From contig OZ336881.1 in the NCBI GenBank assembly GCA_965287045.1, forward strand, positions 49,600,001 to 49,664,000: 64,000 nucleotides of DNA, read 5' to 3'. Origin of the DNA: Carcharhinus amblyrhynchos (taxonomy: Eukaryota). Below are positions 1-12,736 of this stretch, piece by piece. A program made the translations under genes and the position numbers. The notes beneath the pieces are model-generated. The model searched no databases. It was not told the origin of the DNA and saw only the letters and a program-made list of their open reading frames with translations. Position 1 is the stretch's first letter; the number at the start of each line of letters is the position of its first letter.

Positions 1-65
1 CATTCAGACAACTGTTGATGATGTGAGTATGATTATTCATTGCAGCAGTTTTTTGTTCTTTCCAG

Positions 66-139
66 GCTGGACTCCTAGCTCTTGTGGCAGTAGCAGAACA
101 TTCGGGAGAGTTTGAAAAGCTGATAGAGCTTTCAGATAA
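66..139 (+). CDS. TATDN3: TATDN3 internal coding exon (probably exon 3): AGLLALVAVAEHSGEFEKLIELSD(K)
   Basis: Polypyrimidine tract + ccag acceptor, gtatgt donor; the translation matches the vertebrate TATDN3 segment ALVAVAEHSGEFEK; phase 2 end fits the next exon. Confidence 0.93.
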
Positions 140-659
140 GTATGTATATCATACCTTTAACACACTTATTTATAAAATATCCAAGCCTTCAAGCACCCTG
201 GTTATTCAGTGGTAAAGGTACCATGTGACATAGCCACTGAGTCAGATAGACTTAGGTAGGTCTGAGGTTTCATCTGAGTCTTTACTTGACTTCAACTGAG
301 ACTTAGGAGAGGTTCTACTTTTGTCCTTATTATTAAGCTGAGTACGAAGAAAATTAATCAGCAAACACCCCTTCACTTAATTGCTGACTTAATCACTAAA
401 GGAAATCTTAATTGCTATCTTAATCACTAAAGGAAAGCACGTATATGGACATTGGATTATGAGAAACCCCTTAGCCAAATTCTCCATTAACATTCATAAG
501 AAGAAGTCTCTTAACTGAGAAACCAGAGGGTTTCACCAGCTATGGAACCCAGCAGCAGATAATGTCCAAATTATTATGCTTCTTTCACGTACCTACTCAT
601 TTCTTTAAAACTTGTATTAATTGCCACTGTGTGCTGCATACCTGTATTTGTAAACTTGA

Positions 660-1960
660 TTCGGATCTGGGTGTGAAGTAATGGTTCTTAAAGAGAGGGG
701 AAGAACAACTTTAGTTGGAATCTGCTGATATAAAGTGACAATTGTGTCCCATGGCCACAGGTGAGGTGCCTGAAAATTGGAGGGTGGCAAATGTTGGCCC
801 AAAGTGTGTAAATTATTCCAGCTAAGAACTGGTCTGAACTTGGTGGATTAATTTGGATAGCCAGGGTACCCCTTTGGACATGTAAGGAATCCCTTTGGAT
901 ATGATTCTCTTGAGAGGGTTAAGGTATACTTCGAGGCATGAGTGTAACTGGAAGAGAATGGCTAGCTACTGGGGGGGAGGGATGGCAATATTGAGGCCCA
1001 GGCTCAAAGGCCTTTCACTCACCTGAAAACAGAGTCAGGAGCAGACAAATATGTGGACAAATCTCTGAGAAAGGCAAAAACAACAGGGTATTAATAGTTG
1101 GGGATTTTAACTACCCCAGTAATAACTAGGATAGTTTTAGTGTGAAAGGAATGGAGAGAACAGAATTCTGGAGGTGCATTCAAGAGAATTTTTTAGCCTG
1201 AATGCAGCAGGCCTAACAGGAGAAGGTGCGGTTTTGGAAATGAAGCTGGGCGGGTGGAAGGTGTGGCAGTGGGAGAGCATTTTGGTGGTAGTGATCATAA
1301 TTCAGTTAGTTTTAAAGTAATTATAGAAGAGAACAAAGATGGAACAGGAGTTAAAGTTCTAAATTGGGGTAGGGCCAATTTTACTAAGCTGAGATTAAAA
1401 ACAGCTACTTAAATGTAAATCAGTATTAAAGCAGTAGGAGGCATTCAAAGGGAAAATGAAGTGGTTCAGACACCAAGAACCCAATATTACAGAAAACCAA
1501 GAGGGGTATAGAAAGTGCAGGGGTGAAATCAAAAAGGAAGTTAGGAAAGCAAAGAGATCGTATGAAAGAATATTGGCAAGTAAAATCTAGAAGAACTCAA
1601 TGTCTTAACAATACAGAGCAAGAGAACTAAGGAATGAGTAGGGTGTATAGAAGACCAAAAAGGTAACTGTTAAGAACTGCACTGATGTTACCTGCAAGAG
1701 TGTTTCCCCTTGTTGGACATTCTAGAATGAGAGGCCGTAGTTTTAGGTTAAGGGGGGGAATTTAAAGGGAGGAATTACTTCATTCAAAGGGCCGTGAACC
1801 TGTAGAATTCTCTATCCCAGAGTGCAGTGGACACTGAAACATTAATAGTCGGGGATTTTAACTATCCCAGTATTAACTAGGATAGTTTTAGTGTGAAAGG
1901 AATCCTCTTTAAGAAGTGGATAGATAGGTTTTTAATTAGTAGTGGGATGAAAGGTTTTGG
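660..1960 (+). mobile_element. Scrambled old CR1 LINE fragments (RT piece, ORF1 esterase piece, endonuclease region, 3' end)
   Basis: GEVPENWRVANV, IVGDFNYP and FGGSDHNSV-like degenerate peptides. Confidence 0.75.
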
Positions 1961-2138
1961 GCCACTATTTTGAAAGATCAGGCTTGCAGAGCTAAGAATC
2001 CTTCCATCCCTATGCACCTAACCCAGAAGGGAGAACCTGGGCCCAAAATAACATGACATGCAACCATTTGGAGATTAGTTTGACAGTGTTCAATCAAAAC
2101 TTGAAGAAAATCACTTGGGCTAATAATTCATAGTTAGT

Positions 2139-2697
2139 ACATAGAACATAGAACACTACAGCACAAACAGGCCCTTCGGCCCACAAGTTGCGCCGATTAT
2201 ATCCATACCTACCAGGCCATAGAACTATCTATAACTCCCAATTCCATTAAATCCCATGTACTCATCCAGAAGTCTTTTAAAAGACCCCAGCAAGTTCGCC
2301 TCTACCACCACTGATGGCAGCCGATTCCACTCACTCACCACCCTCTGAGTGAAAAACTTACCTCTGACATCTCCTTTGTACCTGCTCCCCAGCACCTTAA
2401 ACCTGTGTCCTCTCGTAGTGATCATTTCAGCCCTGGGAAATAGCCTCCAAGAATCCACCCTATCTATACCTTGTAACATTTTATAAACCTCTATCAGGTC
2501 GCCTCTCAACCTTCGTCTCTCCAGGGAGAAGAGACCTAGCTCCCTCAACCTATCTTCATAAGGCATGCCTCGCAATCCAGGCAACATCCTTGTAAATGTC
2601 CTCTGCACCCTCTCAATGGCTTCCACATCCTTCCTGTAGCGAGGCGACCAGAACTATGCACAGTACTTAAAGTGGGGTCTGACAAGGGTCTTATAAA
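2139..2697 (-). mobile_element. 5'-truncated CR1 LINE 3' end
   Basis: ORF 2225..2626 is an RT C-terminus (RLRGDLIEVYK...TRGH...FFTQRVV); (TTCTATG)n-type tail. Confidence 0.92.
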
Positions 2698-2711
2698 GTG
2701 TCTTAACATGT

Positions 2712-5095
2712 CTGACGAGGGAGCGAGCTATCTTGGATCTGGTGCTATGTAATGAGGCGGGTAGAATTAGGGACCTTGAGGTGAAGGATCCTCTTGGAGA
2801 GAGTGATCATTGTATGGTGGAGTTTCTGTTGCAGATGGAGGAGGAGAAAGTGGGTTCCCGGACACGTGTCCTTTGTTTGAACAGAGGGGAGTACGGTAGG
2901 ATGAGAGAAGAATTGGCGAATGTGGACTGGGGGAGCGCGTTGGAAGGTAGGTCTGCTGAGGAGCAGTGGAGGATCTTTAAGGAGATCTTTCTTGGTGCTC
3001 AGCAGAAATTTATTCCGATGGTTAAAAAGGACAGTAGGAAGAGAGGTAATAAGCCGTGGATAACGAAGGAGGTGAAGGAAAGTGTTAAATTAAAAGCGGA
3101 GGAATTTAGAGTAGCTAAGAGCAGTGGGCGAGAAGAGGATTGGGAAAGGTTTAAATGTCAACAAAGATTGACAAAAAAGTTGATAAAGGAGGGTAGAAGA
3201 AGCTATGAAGCTGGGCTAGCGCTTAATATAAAAAAGGATAGCAAGAGTTTTTATAAATATATAAAAAGGAAGAGGCTGGCTAGGGTGAACGTTGGTCCCT
3301 TAGCGGATGAGAAAGGGGACCTAGTGGTAGGGGATGGGGATATGGCTAAGGTCTTGAATAACTTTTTTGTTTCTGTCTTCACGGAGGAGGACGTGAATAA
3401 TTTGCCGGGTGTTAGCGATGGAAAGGTGGTAGGACTGGAGGGTCTTAATGACATTACTGTTACTAGAGAGGTGGTGCGCGACAGACTGGAGGGGCTGATT
3501 GTGGACAAGTCCCCAGGACCGGATGGAATGCATCCGAGGGTTCTGAAAGAAATGGCGGAGGTGATAGTGGATGCCTTGGTGGTTATTTTCCAGACGTCGC
3601 TGGATTCCGGGGAAGTGCCGGAGGATTGGAAAACGGCTAATGTTACGCCGTTGTTTAAGAAGGGTGCCAGGCAAAAGGCGGGGAATTACAGGCCGGTTAG
3701 TTTAACGTCTGTGGTAGGTAAAATGTTAGAATCCGTCATTAAGGAGGAAATTGCGAGGCATCTTGAAGGGAATTGCTTGATAGGGCAGACGCAACACGGT
3801 TTCATTAAAGGGAAGTCGTGTCTGACAAATTTACTGGAGTTCTATGAGGATGTGTCTAGGGCGGTGGATAGAGGAGAGCCGGTGGATGTGGTCTTTCTGG
3901 ATTTTCAGAAGGCGTTTGATAAGGTACCTCACAAGAGGTTACTGCAGAAGGTCAGAGGACATGGAGTTGGGGGTAGGGTGTTAGCGTGGATAGAGGATTG
4001 GTTGTCAAATAGGAGGCAGAGAGTGGGGGTCAATGGGTGCTATTCGGATTGGCGGTTGGTGACTAGTGGGGTGCCCCAGGGGTCGGTGCTGGGGCCTCAG
4101 CTATTTACCATTTATATAGATGATCTGGAGGAGGGAACCGAGTGTAGGGTGTCGAAATTTGCTGATGACACCAAGATTGGGGGAAAGGCAAATTGTGCGG
4201 AGGGTGTGGAGAGTCTGCAGAAGGATCTAGATAGGCTGGGCGAATGGGCCAGGAAATGGCAAATGGAATTTAATGTTGGCAAGTGTGAGGTGGTCCACTT
4301 TGGTAGGAAGAATGGTAGGAAGGACTATTACTTACGTGGCGAACAACTGCAGCAGGCGACGGTGCAGAGGGACCTCGGGGTCCTTGTGCATGAGTCGCAA
4401 AAACCCAGCCTGCAAGTGCAGCAGGTGGTCAGGAAGGCGAATGGGATGCTGGCCTTCATAGCGAGGGGGATTGAATATAAAAGTAGGGAGGTCTTGCTGC
4501 AGCTGTATAGGGCATTGGTGAGGCCGCAGCTGGAGTACTGTGTGCAGTTTTGGGCGCCGCACCTGCGCAAGGATATTTTGGCCCTGGAGGGAGTGCAGAG
4601 GAGGTTTACTAGGCTGATACCGGAGTTGAGGGGGTTGAGCTATGAGGAGAGGCTGAATAAACTAGGCTTGTACTCGTTAGAGTTTAGAAGAATGAGGGGA
4701 GATCTCATTGAGACGTATAAGATGATGAATGGGATGGATAGGATAGAGGTGGAAAGACTCTTCCCGCTCAAAAAAGACAGTAGGACTAGGGGGCACAGCC
4801 TCAAGATAAAGGGGGGGCGGTTCAGAACGGAGTTGAGGAGGAACTTCTTCACTCAAAGGGTGGTGAATCTCTGGAATTCTCTGCCCGTTGAAGTGGTGGA
4901 GGCTGCCTCGCTAAATATTTTTAAGAAGCGGGTTGATGGGTTTTTGATAAGAGAGGGGATTAAGGGTTATGGGGAGAGGGCGGGAAAGTGGAACTGAGCC
5001 ACGACAGATCAGCCATGATCTTATTGAATGGCGGGGCAGGCTCGAAGGGCCAGATGGCCTACTCCTGCTCCTATTTCTTATGTTCTTATGTTCTT
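2712..5095 (+). mobile_element. Young 5'-truncated CR1 LINE with open ORF2 remnant (754 aa, RT domain)
   Basis: KSPGPDG, YRPVSLTS, DFQKAFD, GVPQGSVLGP, FADD motifs; (TTCTTATG)n tail. Confidence 0.97.
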
Positions 5096-7360
5096 AACCA
5101 TACATGAAACTACACCTTCAGTGTTGAAATTGACTAAACTTCACTCCCTAACTTCTCCACCTTTCTCTTCCCATTTAGAATCCATCTTGAAGTCCATGTT
5201 TGAACCAAGTGTTCTCTCCATCTACATTATCTTCTTTGGTTCAACATCATCCTTTCTTTTTAGAACCATCCTTTTCATGATTTAGCATTCCTTTTTTAGA
5301 ATTATAATTCTGGGACTTTTTCTACTGTCAAGATTTGATATAAATACTTTGTTTTTAGTCATGAAATATTTGAATGGAATCGTGGAAATTTAAATTTACA
5401 TGTTTCCATTAAAAAAATTTTAAAAATTCAAATAAACTGCAAGTCTACCAGCATGATTCAAATTCCATTGCATTTCAAACTGACTGATGAAAACAGGTCA
5501 AGGCCATAACATGTGGTGTAATAATAAGTAACAAGAGTGCCACAAAAGCAAAATGACCTACTTGATAGGAGGAATGTTACACTATTTCATTTACGATTCA
5601 AATGTAATATGTCTTCTTGAGCTGTATCTTGGTGAGCGCAATCCACTTGAAGCAAGGACAGACATTCAAAACAAACTAGCAAAATTTTAAATCAAATTTA
5701 ATGAGAAAATTATTTAAATTATTAGCGCATGGCAGTTATTTCAAAAGTAATAACCTTTTGACAACGTTTCTATGTTCTTTTGATTTTTTTCCTCTTGAAG
5801 GTGTTCACACTTACAGACACTACTCTTTATGACTCTTTGATTGTTTTTGGCAGCTCATGCAATCAGATTCACCAAAAGGGTGGATGTTCACAGTTAACTG
5901 TGACAGCAGTGAACTACAAAAAAAAGCTGCCAAAGCATGTGTTTAGTCACTGCCACACTGAAATTAAACAGCAGAGACCAGCCCTTTTGACTACTGAATG
6001 TCTTTTGGAACTTGCATGTTTGTTAACTACCAAAAATGGAATTGGTAGTTCCTTTCATTCCAGGGCCATTTTTCATAGGTGAGCCTTGACTGTTCAAAGA
6101 CTTTTAAACCATTGGCACATCATTGCAGGATTCCATCTTCCTCTCACTGTAGAGATGAAAATTGAGCAGTTTCCAAATGGACAGCTGATCACAATACCCA
6201 TGGACCGTAAGTTGAAAATCTACCCATTTGCACTTTTTGGACATGGTTAATGGTTAAAAGTCAGAAGGACAAGGCATTCATAATTTCTGGCCTTCTCCTA
6301 GAAAGAGGAACACTGGCATTGACCATGGCTCCTGAGAGCAACTTCCACCATTGACCAGGTTGAGATAGTCTAATAACACAAACCATGAGCTGAATTTTAC
6401 ATGCGGGATGTGGTAACCTCCCTCTAGTGTAAAGATTGGTAGTGAGCCTGCTCATTCTTAGCTGGTACACCACACTGCCATTTAATGACTGATAGGCCTT
6501 GAATCAGCTCAAGGCAGGCTTCCTTCCTCCATTGGAGAAGATGTCCTACCTGAGAAAACTGCCAGCCAATCAAATGGCTGGTAACTCTGTTGTCTCAAAA
6601 GCACCACTGGGAGTGGTGGCCTTTGGTACTACTGTCAATCCCCAAAGACGAGCAGCATGGAGTCCAGAAAGGTAAGCCCAGGGTCTTCCCGAGGTCAGGC
6701 TGGTGGGTTTTGGCAAAAGGCTTAGGAGGCATTGAGGGCAAAATCGACCTGGGGACGGTGCAGTTGAAATGAGAAAGCTGGGGGTAAAATATGTTGTGGG
6801 GAAGATAGCCTCCAGTGACCATAGGATGTCCCATGAGAAGGCACTCCACCAGCCCAGCCAAACAACAAGTTTTCCTGGGTGTCCTGGGCACTTGACATTT
6901 GCTTCCCCTAGTGTAGGTAAAATCTTCGTGGCACTAGGAAAAGGCATGTAAGTGACCATTAATTGTCCGCTAAAGAGTCTCAATTGGCCCAAGAGAGAGG
7001 GGGACCCTGACACTTCCTCTACCATGCATAAAATATCCATGTGAATGGGGTGGGTGGGGGTATAGTGATAATAGCAGCGCTGCCATAGTGCCCAGTTATG
7101 CCTTCTCTACCCAGGTCCCTACCTGGAGAAAGATAAAATTCTACTCGGGATTGCTGTGATTTGTTTAGCTCACTAAGCACTGTGGTACATTTACATATAG
7201 GTCACACTGTGCTCTTAATGCAGTTTGGAGGGAATGTCGGTAACAGAAATGTTTATTTAATAAAATAAATGATACATATATATAGTGTAGGTTTGTCTAC
7301 AATTTGGTGCTGTGGCTTTCCAGCTACTAATACTAATAATATTCATCATTTTCTGTCTCT

Positions 7361-9480
7361 TAATATTAGGATGAATAGGTTGCTCCCAGTAATTCTCCAC
7401 TCTGTTTCTATCTTTCTATGTTATCGTGCATAATACATTTGTGTACAAAATATCCATATACTTCATCTAGTATCACATACGTTTAAATATTCTTTCATGG
7501 TTATATGATCTCATTGTTCCTCCCCACCCTGTTTTATCACCAATCCCACATTCTTACGTAAGGCGCCTATCTAATTGTCGCCCTTAATTGTATTAATTCT
7601 TTTACTGTTATTTAGTCACATAGCCCCTCCCACTGGGTGTTGTCTCCAGCCACACATTTTTTATGCAGCTTGTCTATTTAATTGTTTCCCCATATACCAT
7701 TAACATTCTTAATTACTCTTTTTTTTGTTACTTGTTCAGTCTTTGAAATAAACATAGTTTCAAGCTCCTTTGTTTTGATGACACCCTTTTCTAACTTGTG
7801 TGGTGAGAACAGCCCATTAAGGTCATGTCAGAACTTGAGTGATGCTATGAGATGCGGATTGTTCAGAAATACCAAACGTATACCATCACCGTTAACAAAT
7901 CCCATCACTTAATCTATATAGTTCACAAGTACAGTCTAAGTGCATACTCAGCCCCACCCAAGGGAAAAAAAAATTGCTCCTTTAATTTCAGACAAGGAAA
8001 TTTACCGAAGCCTGCCAGAAATTCTTCGTTGTATTCTGGCAGATTATTTTGGTTGATATAATCTGTGTGCTATGATTTTGTTTCACAAATTGCTTAACCC
8101 TAATTTGAACAGAAATTGAATGGGTGAAAGCACTGTGTGATATATATTCAGCTATATGTCAAAGGAAACTCAGATTTGGTTTATATTCTATGAGTCATTG
8201 ATGACAGAGGGAGTATGATATCTGACTATGGTGTTCCTGGGATAGAAAGGAAATAAATTTAGTTTATTTATTAGTATCATAAGTAGGTTTGCATTAACCT
8301 TGCAATTAAGTTACTGTGAAAACCCCTAGTCGCCACACTCTAAAGCCTGTTCAGGTGCGCAGAGGGAGAATTTAGCATGGCCAATGCACCTAACCAGCAC
8401 ACCTTTCGGACTATGGGAGGAAACCATAGTCCCGGAGGAAACGCTCATAGATGTGGGGAGAACATGCAGACTCCACACAGACAGTAACTGAAGCTGGGAA
8501 TTGAACCCTGGTCCCTGGCATTGTGAGGCAGCAGTGCTAATCACTCTGTCACCGTGCTGCCCTAAGTCTGATTCCTGTTGGAAGAGTATTCTGACATAAA
8601 TGTTGGGATAAGACAGAATCAGACTTAGTTTTGATGACCTGCTTCTAACACGCAATAATTAATATTTCACATTCATAATTTTAATGGGCTGTTGGTGCTC
8701 ATGGAACTGCATCCAGTCTGACTTTGAAAGAAGACTTCAAGCAGACTCAGATCGTCTGAATGAATTTGTGTTCAAGAAAATCATTTAATCTCTGATAGAT
8801 CTGCACTTTATTTGAAGGATTTTCAGCTGTCATTTTTCTGGATAGAATTTTCTTTTGACAAAATGAGTGATAGAGCAGTGGAAGTATGTTTTGTTACTTC
8901 TGGTAATTATTTCTTGCATCACTCATATACCTGTGGTTGATTTTTTTTTGGTTGCTAACATCAGTAATTATCGTTTTGGACAGCTTGTTCTCAATTTCTC
9001 CCTGTCCTGTTCCGTCCCATTTCACTCTGTTAATTGGCTGCCTTCTGCACATTGTGTAAAATTTCATGTAAATCCATACTATTCTGATGTGAAGATGCTA
9101 CTTTCTCACCAGTGCAGAGAAGCCTACCCATATATTCTTGTCAGTACTTGCAAACCATTGAATAATGTCTGGAAATATTTAAACTTGTATTGACTTGACA
9201 AGATCAATATCGCAAACAAATAGTCATAAAATTAGTTAAAATTACATTTTAGAAAAGTGAAGCAGGGAATCTCCAGAATCAAGAAAATACTTATGCATCT
9301 TCAAGGACATCATTGACACCATGAGCAAAGTAGATCTGGACATGTGGATATATCTTTCTAACTTTTCAGGTGTTTGGCATACCATCTGTAGACTTGTTAT
9401 TTGATAGATTTTTAATTTTATGGCACCCAAAGCATTTAAAGTAGATGACCTCAAACATATGGCCTGCACTTACGCATTTC
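7361..9480 (-). pseudogene. Decayed endogenous viral element: segmented negative-strand RNA virus polymerase (L/PB1-like), split by a SINE
   Basis: Hand translation: IVRYHTPSVIND (8194-8229, motif G-like), GIRLVFLNNPHL (motif F-like), CVAGDNTQW (7630-7656, motif A), EWRITGSNLFILIL (7361-7402, motif C-like), in the expected order. Confidence 0.7.
8255..8562 (-). mobile_element. tRNA-derived SINE (HE1-type)
   Basis: GGGCAGCACGGTG...AGCACTGCTGCCTCAC head with a B-box GGGTTCAATTCCC; A/T-rich tail. Confidence 0.9.
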
Positions 9481-9549
9481 ACATGGTTACACTTGCAATC
9501 CCATAGAGCAGTTGAGGGAATAAGCATAGATACATTTAAGAGGACACTG

Positions 9550-11010
9550 TGGGTGGAATCTTGCGCTCCTGTTCACATCAGGTATAATGCAAAGAGAGTG
9601 CAAAATATCGCGAGAGGCTCAAATCACGTTTTATGTTGGCACGATTTCCCATTACGATTGTCCCTGAGTCCCCCTCCCCCCACTGTGCAATGATGAGAAC
9701 CCTATTAAAATACATTAGCATAACATTATTGGGCCACCCCGGAGCAATCGCCCCTGCCACGCTCAAAAGTCCTCCCATGGTTGTGTGACATCACAATGGC
9801 GCTATTTATGACAGCTTTTTGAAAATGGGAATCTGACGAGCTCGCTTCTCTCCACCGAGGGAAGTTTGGAAATTAGCATGAAGCTCGCCATGAGTCACCA
9901 CTGCTTCCCAAGGGAGAGAGGGCGCCAACAAGGGGTAAAGGTAAGGAAATTCTGGTAAAGTGCCTCAGTGTGCATGGGGGAGGGAAGGTGGTAAAGCGAC
10001 AAAAGTGCCTTACGTTTGGGGTGGGGGTTAGTGAAGTGGTGACTGTGCGAGAGTTGTAGGTGACGGGGTGACCAGCACAGAAGGTTTAACCTAGTGTGAT
10101 TTGGGAAGGGGGGCAACAGGCAGAAGGTGGCATTTGGCAGTGGGATTGGTGGCAGAAGGGGCCAAAACACTGAGTCAGACAGCTGAGTGCTCAGGGACTG
10201 AAGTCACTGGGGCTGTAGGGACAATGGAGACAAAGCAAAGAGATTACGGCCTTAAGGATATCAGAATAGGAGAAGAGTAGGATCCTGAAGAGGGAAAGGT
10301 TCAGTTGCAGATAGGGAAGAAAGCCAAATTCAAACTGATCCTACTGCTTTACTCTTTAGCTCCTGGGCCTCTGCCCTCTTGGGGGGCCCTGGCACTGGGG
10401 AGGAAAGCTTGGACTCGTGCAATGGATGGGTGACCAGTAACCAGGGGTTGAGGGATCCACTCAAATGTGGCAGATGGGAGGTTGCTTGCAAGTTCATTAC
10501 TGACTATGTCAATTCTAATGGAGAGGCATGATAATGAATATTCTTTTGCTGCTGAGGTTGTTCATCCACTTTCCTTCAGTCTAACAGCTAAGCCAGTTAT
10601 GTTCACTAACTCGCCACTGATGTGTGTGAGTGCACTGATGGCTGCTCAACAGATAACCCTTGGCATACTAATCTCATCATTCCGTGACTGCTATGGTCAC
10701 CCTGCACTATTCGCAGAGTGGGTGAGCACATACACCCCTCTCAGCAGTGAACAAGGTCACATAGGTTAAGCAGAACACCCTGATCCATCAGATGCAGATG
10801 CTGGGCATTTTAACAGGGCCTGCCCCTTGACCAGGTTGCATGCACGGGTTTTGCGTGAAACGAGGGATAAATGCCTGCTCAGGAGAGTGGTCAAAGCTGA
10901 GGCAATTCGGTCAATCTGAGTGGGGAAAGGGCGGTGTGGGGTCATGTCCTTTCTGGGTGCTGTGAAGGACAGGTCCTCAATGTGTTGGCCAGCATTGTAG
11001 TTAATGTCCA
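9550..11010. mobile_element. Degenerate non-autonomous DNA transposon (Harbinger-like) remnant
   Basis: GGGTGGAATCTT terminal-type motif and G-rich interior like other shark elements in this window; boundaries approximate. Confidence 0.4.
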
Positions 11011-11171
11011 CCAAGACACAGCTACAAAGGTGAATGAATTAAATGCAGGTTATGTCATTGTGAAGATTTATAACCGAAAACACTAGGGACTTCTTCCATT
11101 TACCTTCCTTGATTTATTTGTGTAGCTTATCCTTCTTATTGATGTTTACACTTTGAACTTGTATTTTTTAG

Positions 11172-11256
11172 ATATTCTGGGTTCGTGCTACCATGTCTTG
11201 GTGTTCATCCAGTACAAGGAAACCCACCGCAAGAACAGCGTGCTGCCACTCTTCAG
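11172..11256 (+). CDS. TATDN3: TATDN3 exon: YSGFVLPCLGVHPVQGNPPQEQRAATLQ
   Basis: ttttag acceptor, gtaatt donor; TatD GVHP motif; frame-compatible with both neighbours. Confidence 0.96.
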
Positions 11257-11718
11257 GTAATTTCAAGACAAGATTCATTTTTCAAGGTTTTTTGCCTAAT
11301 TGGCATCAGAAGAATTTCTGGTAAATTCATATGAATATTTTTTTAAAAATTAAGTTAACATACAGGAGTTAACACAATATAAAACATGTTATTTAAGAAT
11401 TTGGATTGGATTATTAATGACTGCCAAACAACTTCCTTTGTCCAGAAAGTAAACAGCTATAAGTGTGGAGATGCATTGCTTTAGGTTGTGAATTATTTTT
11501 GACAGTGTTGAAAGTGCTACTTTTAAATATTAGAAACAATTTTTCTTCCTATGTTTCTTTTCCCCCTCTCAATCCAATTTTTCATTTCCTCACTTTATTG
11601 CTTTCTGTATCTGTAGTGACATTGAATTCACCCACTTGAATTTACTCTCCTCAGTCCTTTCTCTGTTTATTTCCTAATCTTTTACTTCATTATCTAAGGA
11701 GTTACCCTGTTCTGTTGC

Positions 11719-11975
11719 GGGGCGGCACATTGGTTAGCACTGCTGCCTCACAGCACCAGGACCCAGGTTTGATTTCTGGCTTGGGTCACTGACTGTGTGG
11801 AGTTTGTCTGTGTAGGCTTCCTCCGGGTGCTCTGGTTTCTTCCCACAGTCTGAAAGATGTGCATTGACCCGAACAGGCGCTGGAGTGTTGTGACTAGGGG
11901 AATTTCACAGTAACTTCATTGCAGTATGTAAGCTTACTTATGACTAATAAATAAATGTTAACTTTTTACTTTAAC
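11719..11975 (+). mobile_element. tRNA-derived SINE (HE1-type)
   Basis: GGGGCGGCAC...GGTTAGCACTGCTGCCTCACAGC head; same body as the 8255 copy. Confidence 0.9.
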
Positions 11976-12673
11976 TTTGTTTACTAAAGTTCTAAATGCC
12001 ATGTTGCTCAGGCTGTGCTCAAACTGAGGGCAAAAAATATTAAAGCCTAGCAGAGCAATTGTAAGCCTAACTAATGGGACACTCCATGAGATGTTCCATG
12101 TCTACAAAATCTGGTTCATTGTGTATATCTTTGCTCATCTCTTTCAGAAACATATGAGCATAGTATGATGCAGTGTGGCAAAGGCCCTTTGGCCCATTGA
12201 ATCTGCACTGACAATAACTACCACTAAAGGCACGCTAATCGCATGCTCCTGCACTTATCCCATATCCTTGAATGTTATGATATTTCAAGTGCTCTTCAAA
12301 TATTTTTTAAAGGTTGTAAGGTTTCTGGCCTCCCCTCCCTTCCCAGGCACTGCATCCCAGATTCCCACCACACTGAGTGAAAAAAGTTTTTTCTCAAATC
12401 CCCTCTGTATCTCCTGCCCTTTACTCAAAAATTGTGCCCTCTCGTGATTGACCCTTTAACCAAGGGGAACAGCTGCCCCCTACTCACCTTGTCCATACCC
12501 CTCTTAATCGTATACACCTCAATCATTTCCCCCTTAGTGTTTCCTCTTCTAAAAAAAAATCCAAGCCAATCCAGACGCTCCTTATGGCTCAAATGCTGTA
12601 TCCCAGGAAATGTCCTGATGTTGATCTCATCTGTGTATTTTCTCTTTATTAAAGATCATTTTCTCTCCTCCAG

Positions 12674-12736
12674 GATTTGCAGACTGCACTTCCACTAATA
12701 GAAAAATATAAAGAGCATTTACTGGCAATTGGAGAG
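12674..12736 (+). CDS. TATDN3: TATDN3 exon: DLQTALPLIEKYKEHLLAIGE
   Basis: ctccag acceptor, gtaatt donor; carries the metal-ligand Glu of the AIGEVGLD motif. Confidence 0.96.

Noticed and set aside
3251-4852. Recurrent antisense ORFs (e.g. MKKFLLNSVLN..., MRRCGAQNCTQ...)
   Set aside because: Shadow frames of CR1 ORF2, repeated only because the LINE is repeated
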